A DNA stretch of 64,000 bases from Octopus sinensis (lineage: Eukaryota), in contig NC_043026.1 of NCBI RefSeq assembly GCF_006345805.1, positions 12,441,579-12,505,578 of the forward strand, written 5' to 3'. Both the position numbers and the translations under genes were made by a program. The notes under the pieces are model-generated. The model made no database searches, was not told where the DNA came from, and was given only the letters and a program-made list of their open reading frames with translations. Shown piece after piece: positions 14,262 through 28,154 of this stretch. How positions within the stretch are numbered: the stretch's first letter is position 1; each line of letters starts with the position of its first letter.

Positions 14262-14660
14262 AGGCACAGGAGTGGCTGTGTGGTAAGTAGCTTGTTTACC
14301 AACCACATGGTCCCGGGTTCAGTCCCACTGCGTGGCACCTTGGGCAAGTGTCTTCTACTATAGCCCCGGGCTGACCAAAGCCTTGTGAGTGGATTTGGTA
14401 GACGGAAACTGAAAGGAGCCCGTCGTATATATGTATATATATGCGTGTGTGTGTTTGTGTGTCTGTGTTTGTCCCCCTAGCATTGCTTGACAACCGATGC
14501 TGGTGTGTTTATGTCCCCGTCACCTAGCGGTTCGGCAAAAGAGACCGATAGAATAAGTACTGGGCTTACAAAAGAATAAGTCCCGGGGTCGAGTTTGCTT
14601 GATTAAAGGCGGTGCTCCAGCATGGCCGCAGTCAAATGACTGAAACAAGTAAAAGAGTAT
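14262..14660 (+). mobile_element. Full-length tRNA-derived SINE
   Basis: GGCACAGGAGTGGCTGTGTGG head to GTAAAAGAG tail; copy at ~25121-25510. Confidence 0.85.
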
Positions 14661-14779
14661 AGAAACAGTAGAAATTTTATATTTCTATAATAATAAGCCA
14701 TGAATATAAACCTTGACCTGAACAATTAAAATTTACTTTTTAATTAATTGCAATTACATCATTCAACCTTATGGCAAGC

Positions 14780-15320
14780 CCAAAGACTCCGCCGGTTACG
14801 ACGACGAGGGTCCCAGCTGATACGATCAACGGAACAGCTTGCTCGTGAAATTAACGTGCAAATGGCTGAGCATTCCACAGACACGTGTACCCTTAACGTA
14901 GTTCTCGGGGATAATCAGCGTGACACAGAGAGTGACAAGGCAGACCCTTTGACATACAAGTACAACTAATTTTTGCCAGCTGAGTGGACTGGAGCAACGT
15001 GAAATAAAGTGTCTTGCTTAAGAACACAACGCGTCGCCGGGAATCAAACTCACAACCTTACGATCATGAGCTGAATGCCCTAACCACTAAGCCACGCGCC
15101 CTCACTATGGCAAGCCTACTCATTCACAGACCTTCATATTGTAACATGATATATGTTAAGCTGCGAGGACACATGGCTCAGTGGTTAGAGCATCGAGCTC
15201 ACAATCATGAGGTAGTGAGTTCAAATCCCAGACTGGGCAGTGTTGTGTTCTTGAGCAAGACACTTCATTTCATGTTGCTCCAGTTCACTCAGATGTAGAA
15301 ATGAGATGCGACACCACTGC
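14780..15320. mobile_element. Two further tRNA-derived SINEs back to back (minus 14780-15105; plus head 15160-15320)
   Basis: tRNA-like A/B boxes (TGGCT(T/C)AGTGG...GAGTT(T/C)(G/A)A(T/A)TCCC) followed by a CTT(G/A)AGCAAGACACTT CORE-like segment; related head at 62960-63120. Confidence 0.65.
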
Positions 15321-15578
15321 AAACCAGATACAAAAACGAAGTATTCGGTTGTACTTTACATAATTACCTCTTTTACTTGTTTCAGTCATTTGACTGTGGC
15401 CATGCTGGAGCACCGCCTTTAATCGAGCAACTCGACCCCGGGACTTATTCTTTTGTAAGCCCAGTACTTATTCTACCGGTCTCTTTTTTGCCGAGCCGCT
15501 AAGTGACGGGGACGTAAACACACCAGCATCGGTTGTCAAGCAATGCTAGTGGGACAAACACAGACACAATCACACACA

Positions 15579-15638
<60 letters not shown>

Positions 15639-15960
15639 CATATATACGATGGGCTTCTTTCAGTTTCCGTCTACCAAATCCACTCACAAGGCTTTGGTCA
15701 GCCCGAGGCTATAGTAGAAGACACTTAACTTTTTTTAAAAGATGATTAGTCGAAAGAATTCTTACCATTACACCAGCATCGGTTGTCAAGCAATGCTAGG
15801 AGGACAAACACAGACACAATCACACACACGCATATATATACGACGGGCTTCTTTCAGTTTCCGTCTACCAAATCCACTCACAAGGCTTTGGTCGGCCCGA
15901 GGCTATAGTAGAAGACACTTAACTTTTTTTTAAAAGATGATTAGTCGAAAGAATTCTTAC

Positions 15961-16165
15961 CATTACGATTTTAAATTTTAAAGTTGCAAGTAGCTAAGAT
16001 TCGAAAAAATGTATGAGTAGCGGGCAGTGATGGAGAATATCGCAGTACTGTAGTTGTGACCGAAAACATCAACACAGGAGGACGAATGAATGAATGAAGA
16101 ACAAAGATTTATCAAAACCGCGAAGAAGAAACCACTACAGCGCATGCGTATATCAGTTAAGGGAA
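15961..16165 (-). promoter_or_regulatory. Putative promoter and non-coding first exon of ZNF gene 2 (copy at 30335-30540 for gene 3)
   Basis: GCGCATGCG (NRF1-like) at 16140-16148, pyrimidine tract, donor ATG|GTAAGA at 15960, acceptor TTTCAG|AATACC at 13555. Confidence 0.5.
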
Positions 16166-16199
16166 GATAATTTTCATTACGTATTGGTGCATCTCAGAC

Positions 16200-19010
16200 A
16201 ACATAGTTATATACTTCTTTACTACCCACAAGGGGCTAAACACAGAGGGGACAAACAAGGACAGACAAAGGGATTAAGTCGATTACATCGACCCCAGAGC
16301 GTAACTTGGTACCTAATTTATCGACCCCGAAAGGATAAAAGGCAAAGTCGACCACGGCGGAATTTGAACCCAGAACGTAACGGCAGACGAAATACCAATA
16401 CGGCTAAGCATTTCGCCCGGCCTGCTAACCACTCTGCCAGCTCGCCGCCTTAGACAACATAGTTATATACTTCTTTACTGCCCCACAAGGGGCTAAACAC
16501 AGAGGGGACAAACAAGGACAGACAAAGGGATTAAGTCGATTACATCGACCCCAGTGCGTAACTTGGTACTTAATTTATCGACCCCGAAAGGATAACAGGC
16601 AAAGTCGACCACGGCGGAATTTGAACCCAGAACGTAACGGCAGACGAAATACCAATACGGCTAAGCATTTCGCCCGGCCTGCTAACCACTCTGCCAGCTC
16701 GCCGCCTTAGACAACATAGTTATATACTTCTTTACTGCCCCACAAGGGGCTAAACACAGAGGGGACAAACAAGGACAGACAAAGGGATTAAGTCGATTAC
16801 ATCGACCCCAGTGCGTAACTTGGTACTTAATTTATCGACCCCGAAAGGATAAAAGGCAAAGTCGACCACGGCGGAATTTGAACCCAGAACGTAACGGCAG
16901 ACGAAATACCAATACAGCTAAGCATTTCGCCCGGCCTGCTAACCACTCTGCCAGCTCGCCGCCTTAGACAACATAGTTATATACTTCTTTACTGCCCCAC
17001 AAGGGGCTAAACACAGAGGGGACAAACAAGGACAGACAAAGGGATTAAGTCGATTACATCGACCCCAGTGCGTAACTTGGTACTTAATTTATCGACCCCG
17101 AAAGGATAAAAGGCAAAGTCGACCACGGCGGAATTTGAACCCAGAACGTAACGGCAGACGAATACCAATACAGCCTAAGCATTTCGCCCGGCCTGCTAAC
17201 CACTCTGCCAGCTCGCCGCCTTAGACAACATAGTTATTACTTCTTTACTGCCCCACAAGGGGCTAAACACAGAGGGGACAAACAAGGACAGACAAAGGGA
17301 TTAAGTCGATTACATCGACCCCAGTGCGTAACTTGGTACTTAATTTATCGACCCCGAAAGGATAAAAGGCAAAGTCGACCACGGCGGAATTTGAACCCAG
17401 AACGTAACGGCAGACGAAATACCAATACGGCTAAGCATTTCGCCCGGCCTGCTAACCACTCTGCCAGCTCGCCGCCTTAGACAACATAGTTATATACTTC
17501 TTTACTGCCCCACAAGGGGCTAAACACAGAGGGGACAAACAAGGACAGACGAACGGATTAAGTCGATTATTTCGACTCCAGTACGTAACTGGTACTTGAT
17601 TTATCGACCCTGAAAGGATAAAAGGCAAAGTCGACCTCGGCGGAATTTGAACCCAGAACGTAACGGCAGACGAAATACCAATACGGCTAAGCATTTCGCC
17701 CGGCCTGCTAACCACTCTGCCAGCTCGCCGCCTTAGACAACATAGTTATATACTTCTTTACTGCCCCACAAGGGGCTAAACACAGAGGGGACAAACAAGG
17801 ACAGACAAAGGGATTAAGTCGGTTACATCGACCCCAGTGCGTAACTTGGTACTTAATTATATCGACCCCGAAAGGATAAAAGGCAAATCGACCACGGCGG
17901 AATTTGAACCCAGAACGTAACGGCAGACGAAATACCAATACGGCTAAGCATTTCGCCCGGCCTGCTAACCACTCTGCCAGCGCCGCCTTAGACAACAACA
18001 TAGTTATATTCTTTACTGCCCCACAAGGGGCTAAACACAGAGGGGACAAACAAGGACAGACAAAGGGATTAGTCGATTACATCGACCCCAGTGCGTACTT
18101 GGTACTTAATTTATCGACCCCGAAAGGATAAAAAGCAAAGTCGACCACGGCGGAATTTGAACCCAGAACGTAACGGCAGACGAAATACCAATACGGCTAA
18201 GCATTTCGCCCGGCCTGCTAACCACTCTGCCAGCTCGCCGCCTTAGACACATAGTTATATACTTCTTTACTGCCCCACAAGGGGTAAACACAGAGGGGAC
18301 AAACAAGGACAGGAAGACGGATTAAGTCGATTATTTCGACCCCAGTGCGTAACTTTGGTGTACTGATTTATCGACCCCGAAGGATAAAAGGCAAAGTCGA
18401 CCTCGGCGGAATTTGAACCCAGAACGTAACGGCAGACGAAATACCAATACGGCTAAGCATTCCGCCCGGCCTGCTAACCACTCTGCCAGCTCGCCGCCTT
18501 AGACAACATAGTTATATACTTCTTTACTGCCCCACAAGGGGCTAAACACAGAGGGGACAAACAAGGACAGACGAACGGATTAAGTCGATTATTTCGACTC
18601 CAGTACGTAACTGGTACTTGATTTATCGACCCTGAAAGGATAAAAGGCAAGTCGACCTCGGCGGAATTTGAACCAGAACGTAACGCAGACGAAATACCAA
18701 TACGGCTAAGCATTTCGCCCGGCCTGCTAACCACTCTGCCAGCTCGCCGCCTTAGACACATAGTTATATACTTCTTTACTGCCCCACAAGGGGCTAAAAC
18801 ACAGAGGACAAACAAGGGACACGACGAACGGATTAGTCGATTATTTCGACTCCAGTACGTAACTGGTACTTGATTTATCGACCCTGAAAGGATAAAAGGC
18901 AAAGTCGACCTCAGCGGAATTTGAACCCAGAACGTAACGGCGGCAGACGAAATAAGTGCTAATACGGCGGCACGCATTTCGCCCGGCGTGCTAACGATTC
19001 CGCCAGCTCT
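16200..19010 (-). repeat. Tandem array of ~11 x 257-bp units, each a Deu/Nin-type SINE plus ~20 bp of flank
   Basis: ACATAGTTAT recurs at 16201, 16457, 16714, 16971 and onward. Confidence 0.9.
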
Positions 19011-22000
19011 CCCAAGACACAACAAAATTTAATTCAACACACGAATTCACATAAAGAATCTTGCAAGCTAAACACAAAGACAAAATGCAAACAGTAATAT
19101 CACAATAGGAACCGTCGTAAGGGACACCAACAGAATCTGAGATATTTCGGGATGAATGAACAAGAGGAAGTGATGTCATACGACAAGGACGGAAGCCGTG
19201 GGCAGAACAGGAAGCGAAGGGCCTCTGTCTGCCGAAGCATTTAGGATCCCGACTTGTTCCTGGTCCTTACTGGAACTCGAGTCTCTAATTTGTTGATAAG
19301 CGCTATCTTTTCTCTTCTTGCAAAGCTTATGATTGTCGGTTTTTAAAACATACAAATCAGCCAGCCTCGCCTGGCCCCCGAGCCGGTGGCACGTAAAAAG
19401 CACCATCCGATCGTGGCCATTTGCCAGCCTCGTCTGGCATGTAAAAAGCACCCACTACACTCACTGAGTGGTTGGCGTTAGGAAGGGCATCCAGCCGTAG
19501 AAACACTGCCAGATCAGACTGGGCCTGATGCAGCCTTCTGGCTTCCCAGACCCCAGTTGAACCATCCAACCCATGCTAGCATGGAAAGCGGACGCTAAAC
19601 GATGATGATGAAATCATGGTGTTTATGCATTGTTTTGGAATATTTTATTTTTTAACCTTGGTGCGTCTCAGAATTCTTCAGTTTTTTTCTTTTCTGTGTT
19701 TTGATACCTTCAATGTTCTATTATTGCACTTTTGCTGTTTTAAATGCTTGTACACACTGGCTGTGTTTGTCAGTTCCTGATACAGCTAATTATAAATGAA
19801 AGTAGAGAGTGTGGGTCAGTCTGTGCTCAGGTGCAACTTTCAACTCTCCCTTCTCAAGGGATTGGATTGATGTGCCTTGCCTGTGGCCAGAATTGAAGGT
19901 CTAATCAGTCTAGATGAGCTCCACATCTCCATTGCACTCAGAGTGGGAGTCAACGTCTGTCGGGGGCTGAGATGTCACTGTGGTAGACCTCTCAGACTCT
20001 ACAGCCCTACACAATCTGTCTTGCTACTTAAATGCTTGTTGTTTCGCTTGTCACACCAAGCTACTTAATCGTTAAGTAGGTCCTGACTCAGGTAATATCC
20101 CCTCTGTTCTGGAGCCAGTAGGATTATCCAGAAGTGATTGGAATGTTTCAGGGAGAAAAATGATTTAGCTAAATAGAGGGCATAGGATTGGCTAAAATTC
20201 GAAAAATTAAACTACGTTAAACTTACAAATTACAATTTTCTCAATAAAGCCAAGAGAAAAAAATGTTTTATTTTGACACATTCTACCAGTATACGAAGTT
20301 TTAAAAGTGTTTAGTTAACTAGAAATTGTGTTGAAAACTGCCGTTCAAAAGGAAAAGATCCGTTTTATGGAAACACACTACCAGTATATGAAGTTTAAAA
20401 GTGTTTAGTTACAAAGAAATATTTCAAAAATCTGCCGGTCAAAGTGAAAGATCCCAAATATCTTACAAACTATAGAATTTTCCCAAGAAAGCCAAGAGAA
20501 AAAGATGTTTTATAAACACATTCTACCAGTATACGAAGTTTAAAAGTGTTTAGTTTACAAGAAATTATTTCAAAAATCTGCCGGTCAAAGTGAAAAGCTC
20601 CCATAAAAATAACAAAAAGGAAAGAGAAGTTAGTTGAATTTCGCCAGAATATCTTGTGAACTTTAAATATGTGAAGTTACTTTCATTGCATTCACATACG
20701 CAAAACACTGTCTTTCTATCTGAAAGCTGTTTGCCATAACAGAAAAATAAGCTCTCAGCGGTTCTCTCCCCTTGAACGAAATTTATCCTATTTCTTAGCA
20801 AACTCACTTTCTCTCCACTTCTTTGAAAACGAGCATAGATTGGCAGCGACCAGCGGTCGCCAGTCAAATTTCACACGTTTACAAACGACAAACTTTTACA
20901 TAAAATAATATTGATATATATGTATATATGTATATATATATATATATAGGCTAAACTGGCAATATGACCATTCCGAAATATAACAATATATATATATATA
21001 TAAACAGCATGGATTTTTGTCAGTGAAGAGGTCGCGGTCTTAAAGCGACGAAAATATTTTGACAAATTAAACTTAAATGTTGAAGTGAATTGAACGGCTT
21101 TTGTGTGTTTCTTAAATGGCCTATAAACACCTTCCACGCTGCAATTATATATTATATATTTAAAACCTTATCAGCATGGATTTTTGTCAGTGAACAGGTT
21201 GCGGTCTTAAAGTGACGAAATATTTTGACAAATTAAACTAACTTAATTTGAAGTGAATCGAACGGATTTTGTGTGTTTCTTAAATTGTTTATAAACACCT
21301 TCCACGCTGCAATTGTTTTCGTTCCAGCACACGATCTCAGATCAGGTCACTTGCTATGCAAGTACATCTCCGTAATTCCGAAAGCTTGAGCCAGGCTACC
21401 AAAACTCTGAGGACAGCCGTTACTTGTTGCTTGAGAAGAATAACAGCTTCATTTCATTAGACACTGCATCTCACTGAAGGTTTACCCGAAAAGGATTTAC
21501 CATACAGTCGAAGCACTAAACCTAAAGAAGGGACAAGCGTCAAGACTAAATTTACTGAGATGCAGCACGGATTTTTGTCAGTGAAGAGGTCGCGGTCTTA
21601 AAGCGACGAAAATATTTTGACAATTAAACTTAAATGTTGAAGTGAATCGACGCGCTTTTGTGTGTTTTCTTAAATGGCTTATAAACACCTCCATGCTGCA
21701 ATTGCTTTCCTTTCAGCACACGATCTCAGATCAAATCACTTGCTATGCAAGTACATCTCCGTAATATATAATATTATATTATATATATATATATGTATGT
21801 AGGTATAAGGAACACAAGAGTTGATATATATGAAAAAACAGTCAAGATAGAAAATGCTAAAATAATTTTATAAAGAACAAACGATATATCCACCTCGTAT
21901 GACTTAAAGTTGGCACGTTATGGGTTATAGCTGTGATTGGGGTTGATTTTTATGGATTCTTAGGAATGTAATATTTGCGTGTGTATTTGGGTTATTCTAA

Positions 22001-22786
22001 AGCCAGAGTGGTTTTTATCGTTTGTTCTTTATAAAATTATTTTAGCATTTCTATCTTGACTAGTTTTTCATATTCTTTTACTTTTATTTACTTGTTTCAG
22101 TCATTTGACGTGGCAATGCTGGAGCACCGCCTTTACTCGAACAAATCGACCCCAGCACTTATTCTTTGTAAGCCTAGTCCTTATTCTATCGGTCTCTTTT
22201 GCCGAACCGCTAAGTTTACGAGACCGACCACGCCACCGCGGTATCGGTTTCAAGTGATGGGGGTGGTAAACACACACACACACATATATATTTATATACG
22301 ACGACCTTCTTTCAGTTTCCGTCTACCAAATCACTCACACAAGCATGGTCGGCCCGAGGCTATAGTAGAAGGCACTTGCCCAAGATGCCACGCAGTGGGA
22401 CTGAACCCGGAACCATGTGGTTGGTAAGCAAGCTACGTACCACACAGTCACTCCTATATATATTTAGCGAGGGGCAAAATGAGGTGCTAAAGTGAAAGCG
22501 CAAAAGACAAAGTAGCTAATTCTAAAATCTCTAAACGAGATATAAGTAGTAGCAATATTAGATGGTAACATTTTTTTTTTCCACAGTTGTGGTGCACCTG
22601 AGCACTGTATACAATAATTTCATTATATTATATTATTAAATTATAAAGTAAGTCACAGTATAGCTGTGATTGTCTAAAATAAAGTGACAGGAGATTGTAA
22701 TCTTGACACATGTTTTATTTTCTGAGTGAACATATTTATTGTTACATAAGATATTTCTTTTGATGAATAACAATTGACATTGACAA

Positions 22787-24061
22787 TCATTCTTCTGTAT
22801 AAATGCATAGATGTGTACTTAACTGCCTTGTTTGTGAGAAAGCCTTACCACAGATATCACACTGATATGGTTTCTCTCCTGTATGAATACGTCTGTGTGC
22901 AGTTAAATTACTTCTTTGAGAGAATGATTTGCCACAGATATCACAGTGAAACTGTCTCTCTCCTGTGTGAATACGTTTATGTGCAGTTAAGTTACTGCCA
23001 TCTGAGAATGGTTTACCACAGATATCACAGTGATATGGCTTCTCTCCTGTATGAGTACGCTTGTGTGACGTTAAGCTGCTACTTACAGAGAAAGATTTAC
23101 CACAGACATCACAGTGATATGGTTTCTCTCCTGTATGGATACGTTTGTGTTTAGCTAAGGTGCTTCTATGAGAGAAAGATTTACCACAGATGTGACAGTG
23201 ATAGGAAATATTTCCTGCATGAATATGCATGTGAACAGTTAAGTTTCTTCCACTGCAGAACGATTTATCACAGATATCACAGCGATATGGTTTCTCTCCT
23301 GTATGAATATATTTGTGACTAGTTAAGTCAATTCCTTTGGAAAATGATTTACCACAGATATCACAGCGATAGGGTATCATCCCTGTATGAATACGCTTAT
23401 GTTGAATTAGGTTACTTCCATTGGAGAATAATTTACCACAGATATTGCAATGGTATGGCTTGTCTCCTGTATGAATATATTTGTGTTCAGTTAAGCTAGA
23501 TTTTCGAAAGAATGATTTACCACAGATATCACAATGATATGGCTTATGTCCTGTATGAATACGTTTGTGACTAGTTAAGACATTTCTTTTGGAGAATGAT
23601 TTACCGCAGATATCACAGTAATATGGCTTCTCTCCTGTATGGGAACGCTTGTGTGCAGTTAAGTTGCCTCTGTAACAGAATGATTTACCACAGATATCAC
23701 AGTGATATGGCTTTTCACCTGTATGACTACGTTTATGTTCAGTCAAGTTACCTTTCTGGAAGAATGATTTGCCACAGATATCACAGCGATATGGTTTCTC
23801 TCCTGTATGAATGCGCTTATGTATCGTTAAGCTACCTGTCTGAGAAAATGATTTACCACAGATATTACAATCATAAGGCTTCTCTCCTCTATGAATACGT
23901 CTGTGGGTAGTAAGGTTACCTTTTCGAGTAAATGATTTTTTACAAATATCACAGTGATATGATGCTTTTCCTATATCAGTTGGTATCTTACCAATAATAT
24001 CAATCTTTTTAGGCTGTGGTTTACATTCTAAATTTCCATCACGCAATTCATTTTCCATCAT
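22787..24061 (-). CDS. Poly-C2H2 zinc-finger protein identical to ZNF gene 2 (ZNF gene 3)
   Basis: 424-aa translation identical to 11927-13201. Confidence 0.93.
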   Translation of the reverse strand: MMENELRDGNLECKPQPKKIDIIGKIPTDIGKASYHCDICKKSFTRKGNLTTHRRIHRGEKPYDCNICGKSFSQTGSLTIHKRIHTGEKPYRCDICGKSFFQKGNLTEHKRSHTGEKPYHCDICGKSFCYRGNLTAHKRSHTGEKPYYCDICGKSFSKRNVLTSHKRIHTGHKPYHCDICGKSFFRKSSLTEHKYIHTGDKPYHCNICGKLFSNGSNLIQHKRIHTGMIPYRCDICGKSFSKGIDLTSHKYIHTGEKPYRCDICDKSFCSGRNLTVHMHIHAGNISYHCHICGKSFSHRSTLAKHKRIHTGEKPYHCDVCGKSFSVSSSLTSHKRTHTGEKPYHCDICGKPFSDGSNLTAHKRIHTGERQFHCDICGKSFSQRSNLTAHRRIHTGEKPYQCDICGKAFSQTRQLSTHLCIYTEE

Positions 24062-26436
24062 TTTTCATCTCTCAACACAATATACATTTTTTTTTAATAC
24101 ATCTTTATATTTTATTCCTAACAAATATTTAGTCTGCAATATTTGTACTAATTATGATCTTAGTCAATATCTGAAGAGGCTACAGACTCTTTATTAATTT
24201 AAGCTTAATTAGAAGGCAAATAATCATCTTGTACATATTCCAGACAGTGAAGTAGAAAGATTTTGTTAATGGTCTCACTGAGAGATAATATTTCACAGCA
24301 ATTTGAGCACTGGTTCACACAAAATGGATTAGATGTGTTCTGTATAACATCTTCCTTTACTGATGGTAGATCCAAAGTGAAAAACATTTTTTAATTCCAG
24401 CACCATCTGGTATTCTGAAATTATAGACAAAAAGATTATGAGGTATTGAAAATCATCATCATCATCATCATTTAGCGTCCGTTTTCCATGCTAGCATGGG
24501 TTGGACGGTTCAACTGGGGTCTGTGAAGCTGGAAGGCTTCATCAGGCCCAGTCAGATCTGGCAGTGTTTCTACGGCTGGATGCCCTTCCTAACGCCAACC
24601 ACTCCGTGAGTGTAATGGGTGCTTTTTACGTGCCACCTGCACAGGTGCCAGACGGAGCTGGCAAATGGCCATGAACAGATGGTGCTTTTATGTGCCACCG
24701 GCACGGGGGCCAGGCGAGGCTGGCAAACGGCCACGAACGGATGGTGCTAAATTGAGATGGGTACAGACATGGCTGTGTATTAAAAAGCTTGCTTCCCAAC
24801 CATGTGGTTCTAGGTTCAGTCCCACTGTGTGGCACCTAGAACAAATATCTTCTACTATAGCCTTGGTCTGACGAAAGCCATATGAGTGAATTTGGTAGAC
24901 GGAAACTGAAAGAAGCCCATCATATGTGTGTGTGTTTGTTCCCCTCCACCATCACTTGACAACTGGTGTGGATGTGTTTATGTCCCTATAACTTAGTGGT
25001 TCAGCAAAAGAGACTGACAGAATAAGTACCAGGCTTAAAAAATAAGTCCTGGGGTCGATTTGTTTGACTAAAACCCATGGCCGAAGTCAAATGACTGAAA
25101 TAAGTCAAAAGATGAAAAATAGGCGCAGGAGTGGCTGTGTGGTAAGTAGCTTGTTTACCAACCACATGGTCCCGTTTCAGTCCCACTGCGTGGCACCTTG
25201 GGCAAGTGTCTTCTACTATAGCCCCGGGCCGACCAAAGCCTTGTGAGTGGATTTGGTAGACGGAAACTGAAAAAAGCCCGTCGTATATATGTATATATAG
25301 CGTGTGTGTGTTTGTGTGTCTGTGTTTGTCCCCTTAGCATTGCATGACAACCGATGCTGGTGGTTATGTCCCCATCACCTAGCGGTTCGGCAAAAGAGAC
25401 CGATAGAATAAGTACTGGGCCTTACAAAAGAATAAGTCCGGGGGTCGAGTTTGCTTGATTAAAGGCGGTGCTCAGCATGCCGCAGTCAAATGACTGAAAC
25501 AGTAAAAGAGTATAGAAACAGTAGAAATTTTATATTTCTATAATAATAAGCCATGAATATAAGCCTTGACCTGAACAATTAAAATTTACTTTTTAATTAA
25601 TTGCAATTACATCATTCAACCTTATGGCAAGCCCAAAGACTCCGCCGGTTACGACGACGAGGGTCCCAGCTGATACGATCAACGGAACAGCTTGCTCGTG
25701 AAATTAACGTGCAAATGGCTGAGCATTCCACAGACACGTGTACCCTTAACGTAGTTCTCGGGGATAATCAGCGTGACACAGAGAGTGACAAGGCAGACCC
25801 TTTGACATACAAGTACAACTAATTTTTGCCAGCTGAGTGGACTGGAGCAACGTGAAATAAAGTGTCTTGCTTAAGGACACAACGCGTCGCCGGGAATCAA
25901 ACTCACAACCTTACGATCATGAGCTGAATGCCCTAACCACTAAGCCACGCGCCCTCACTATGGCAAGCCTACTCATTCACAGACCTTCATATTGTAACAT
26001 GATATATGTTAAACTGCGAGGACACATGGCTCAGTGGTTAGAGCATCGAGCTCACAATCATGAGGTAGTGAGTTCAAATCCCAGACTGGGCAGTGTGGTT
26101 TCTTGAGCAAGACACTTCATTTCATGTTGCTCCAGTTCACTCAGATGTAGAAATGAGATGCGACACCACTGCAAACCAGATACAAAAACGAAGAGTATTT
26201 GTTTGTACTTTACATAATTACCTCTTTTTACTTGTTTCAGTCATTTGACTGTGGCCATGCTGGAGCACCGCCTTTAATCGAGCAACTCGACCCCGGGACT
26301 TATTCTTTTGTAAGCCCAGTAGTACTTATTCTACCGGTCTCTTTTTTGCCGAGCCGCTAAGTGACGGGGACGTAAACACACCAGCATCGGTTGTCAAGCA
26401 ATGCTAGTGGGACAAACACAGACACAATCACACACA

Positions 26437-26503
<67 letters not shown>

Positions 26504-26935
26504 TATATATATATATATACATATATACGATGGGCTTCTTTCAGTTTCCGTCTACCAAATCCACTCACAAGGCTTTGGTCAGCCCGAGGCTATAGTAGAA
26601 GACACTTAACTTTTTTTAAAAGATGATTAGTCGAAAGAATTCTTACCATTACACCAGCATCGGTTGTCAAGCAATGCTAGGAGGACAAACACAGACACAA
26701 ACACACACACGCATATATATACGACGGGCTTCTTTCAATTTCCGTCTACCAAATCCACTCACAAGGCTTTGATCGGCCCGAGGCTATAGTAGAAAACACT
26801 TAACTTTTTTTAAAAGATGATTAGTCGAAAGAATTCTTACCATTACACCAGCATCGGTTGTCAAGCAATGCTAGGAGGACAAACACAAACACACACGCAT
26901 ATACATATATATACATATATACGACGGGCTTCTTT

Positions 26936-28100
26936 CCAATGCGCCAGAGAAAAAATTTGTTTGCTTGTTATCAGTCGTAAGACACTTGTTGTTTTCACCG
27001 TTAATGCTTCTGTATTTCATGTTTCTGTATTCCATTATTGTTTTTTGTTTTTTTTTTTATATCTGTCCCTTTTGCTGTCCTGGTGTTCGTATGCATTCGA
27101 TCCTTCTTCCAGGAAATCTACGCTTCCAGCTTAGTTTTTCTTGGAGGGCTGGCCGTGATCTAGTAATCTCAAGATTAATCAGCCGAAATTACTACGATGA
27201 TCCGGTTCTTGACTGAAGACTGAGGGGTTCGAATGTCCTGTCCATGTTTATTGTATCGTCTTCTATGAGTTATACGTTCTTGTCCATGTTGTATTTTTCT
27301 ACATACCTTAACATATATCCAGGCGCCCCGTACCCCCTTTATCATAATGTGAACACATATTTAATAATTGGTACGACTCTCTGTGTTTGTCTCTCTCTCT
27401 CTCTCATTTTTACTTTCTCTCTATTCATCTTCTCTTTCTGATCCTTTGGTCTAGTCTTCCACTACCCTCCTATTTCTTTGTCTCGCTCTGCACTCACAGG
27501 TCATTCTTCGACACCCATCCCTTCTCCTCTCTGATTCCTTCTTTCTCTCTCTTCTCTCTCTGTTTGCGTTTTGTCCCCCTTTTCTCTCTCTCTCTTCCTT
27601 TGCTTCTCTTTCTTTTCTTTTCCCTCTTCTCTGTCACGTGACTGTTGGCCGAAATCTGCCTTTCAGCTCCTGACCTTCGTCGTGTGTTAACATCGTTGTT
27701 TGTCGTCCGCCGCTATAAAGGCTTTTTCCAATGCGCCAGAGAAAAAATTTGTTTGCTTGTTATCAGTCGTAAGACACTTGTTGTTTTCACCGTTAATGCT
27801 TCTGTATTTCATGTTTCTGTATTCCATTATTGTTTTTTGTTTTTTTTTTTTATATCTGTCCCTTTTGCTGTCCTGGTGTTCGTATGCATTCGATCCTTCT
27901 TCCAGGAAATCTACGCTTCCAGCTTAGTTTTTCTTGGAGGGCTGGCCGTGATCTAGTAATCTCAAGATTAATCAGCCGAAATTACTACGATGATCCGGTT
28001 CTTGACTGAAGACTGAGGGGTTCGAATGTCCTGTCCATGTTTATTGTATCGTCTTCTATGAGTTATACGTTCTTGTCCATGTTGTATTTTTCTACATACC

Positions 28101-28103
<3 letters not shown>
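26936..28103 (+). mobile_element. Non-coding element with ~375-bp direct terminal repeats (A-B-A; pLTR/TRIM-like) inserted in a SINE; duplicated at 28578-29746
   Basis: CCAATGCGCCAGAG...CATACCTTAA at 26936-27311 and 27728-28103; B segment is CT-rich with GTCACGTGAC and TATAAAG; ends in (TA)n. Confidence 0.65.

Positions 28104-28154
<51 letters not shown>

Larger units (their letters stand above)
8324..19318. repeat. Tandem segmental duplication, copy 1 (contains ZNF gene 2)
   Basis: Sequence from TGCAAAGCTTATGATTGTCGG (8324) recurs colinearly from 19319; shared homology extends to ~16310 and ~30690. Confidence 0.9.

Noticed and set aside
15163-15240. tRNA-Val(CAC)-like sequence (also ~26017 and ~62960)
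   Set aside because: Acceptor stem does not pair and the sequence runs into a SINE body (CTTGAGCAAGACACTT); it is a SINE head, not a tRNA gene
16200-19010. Regular repeats resembling a CRISPR array (also 46551-47978 and 59546-61038)
   Set aside because: Units are wholly repeated with no unique spacers, the context is eukaryotic and there are no cas genes
27205-27240. Possible hammerhead in the A-B-A element (CTGAAGA...CGAAT)
   Set aside because: No convincing stem II, and GAAA is not intact
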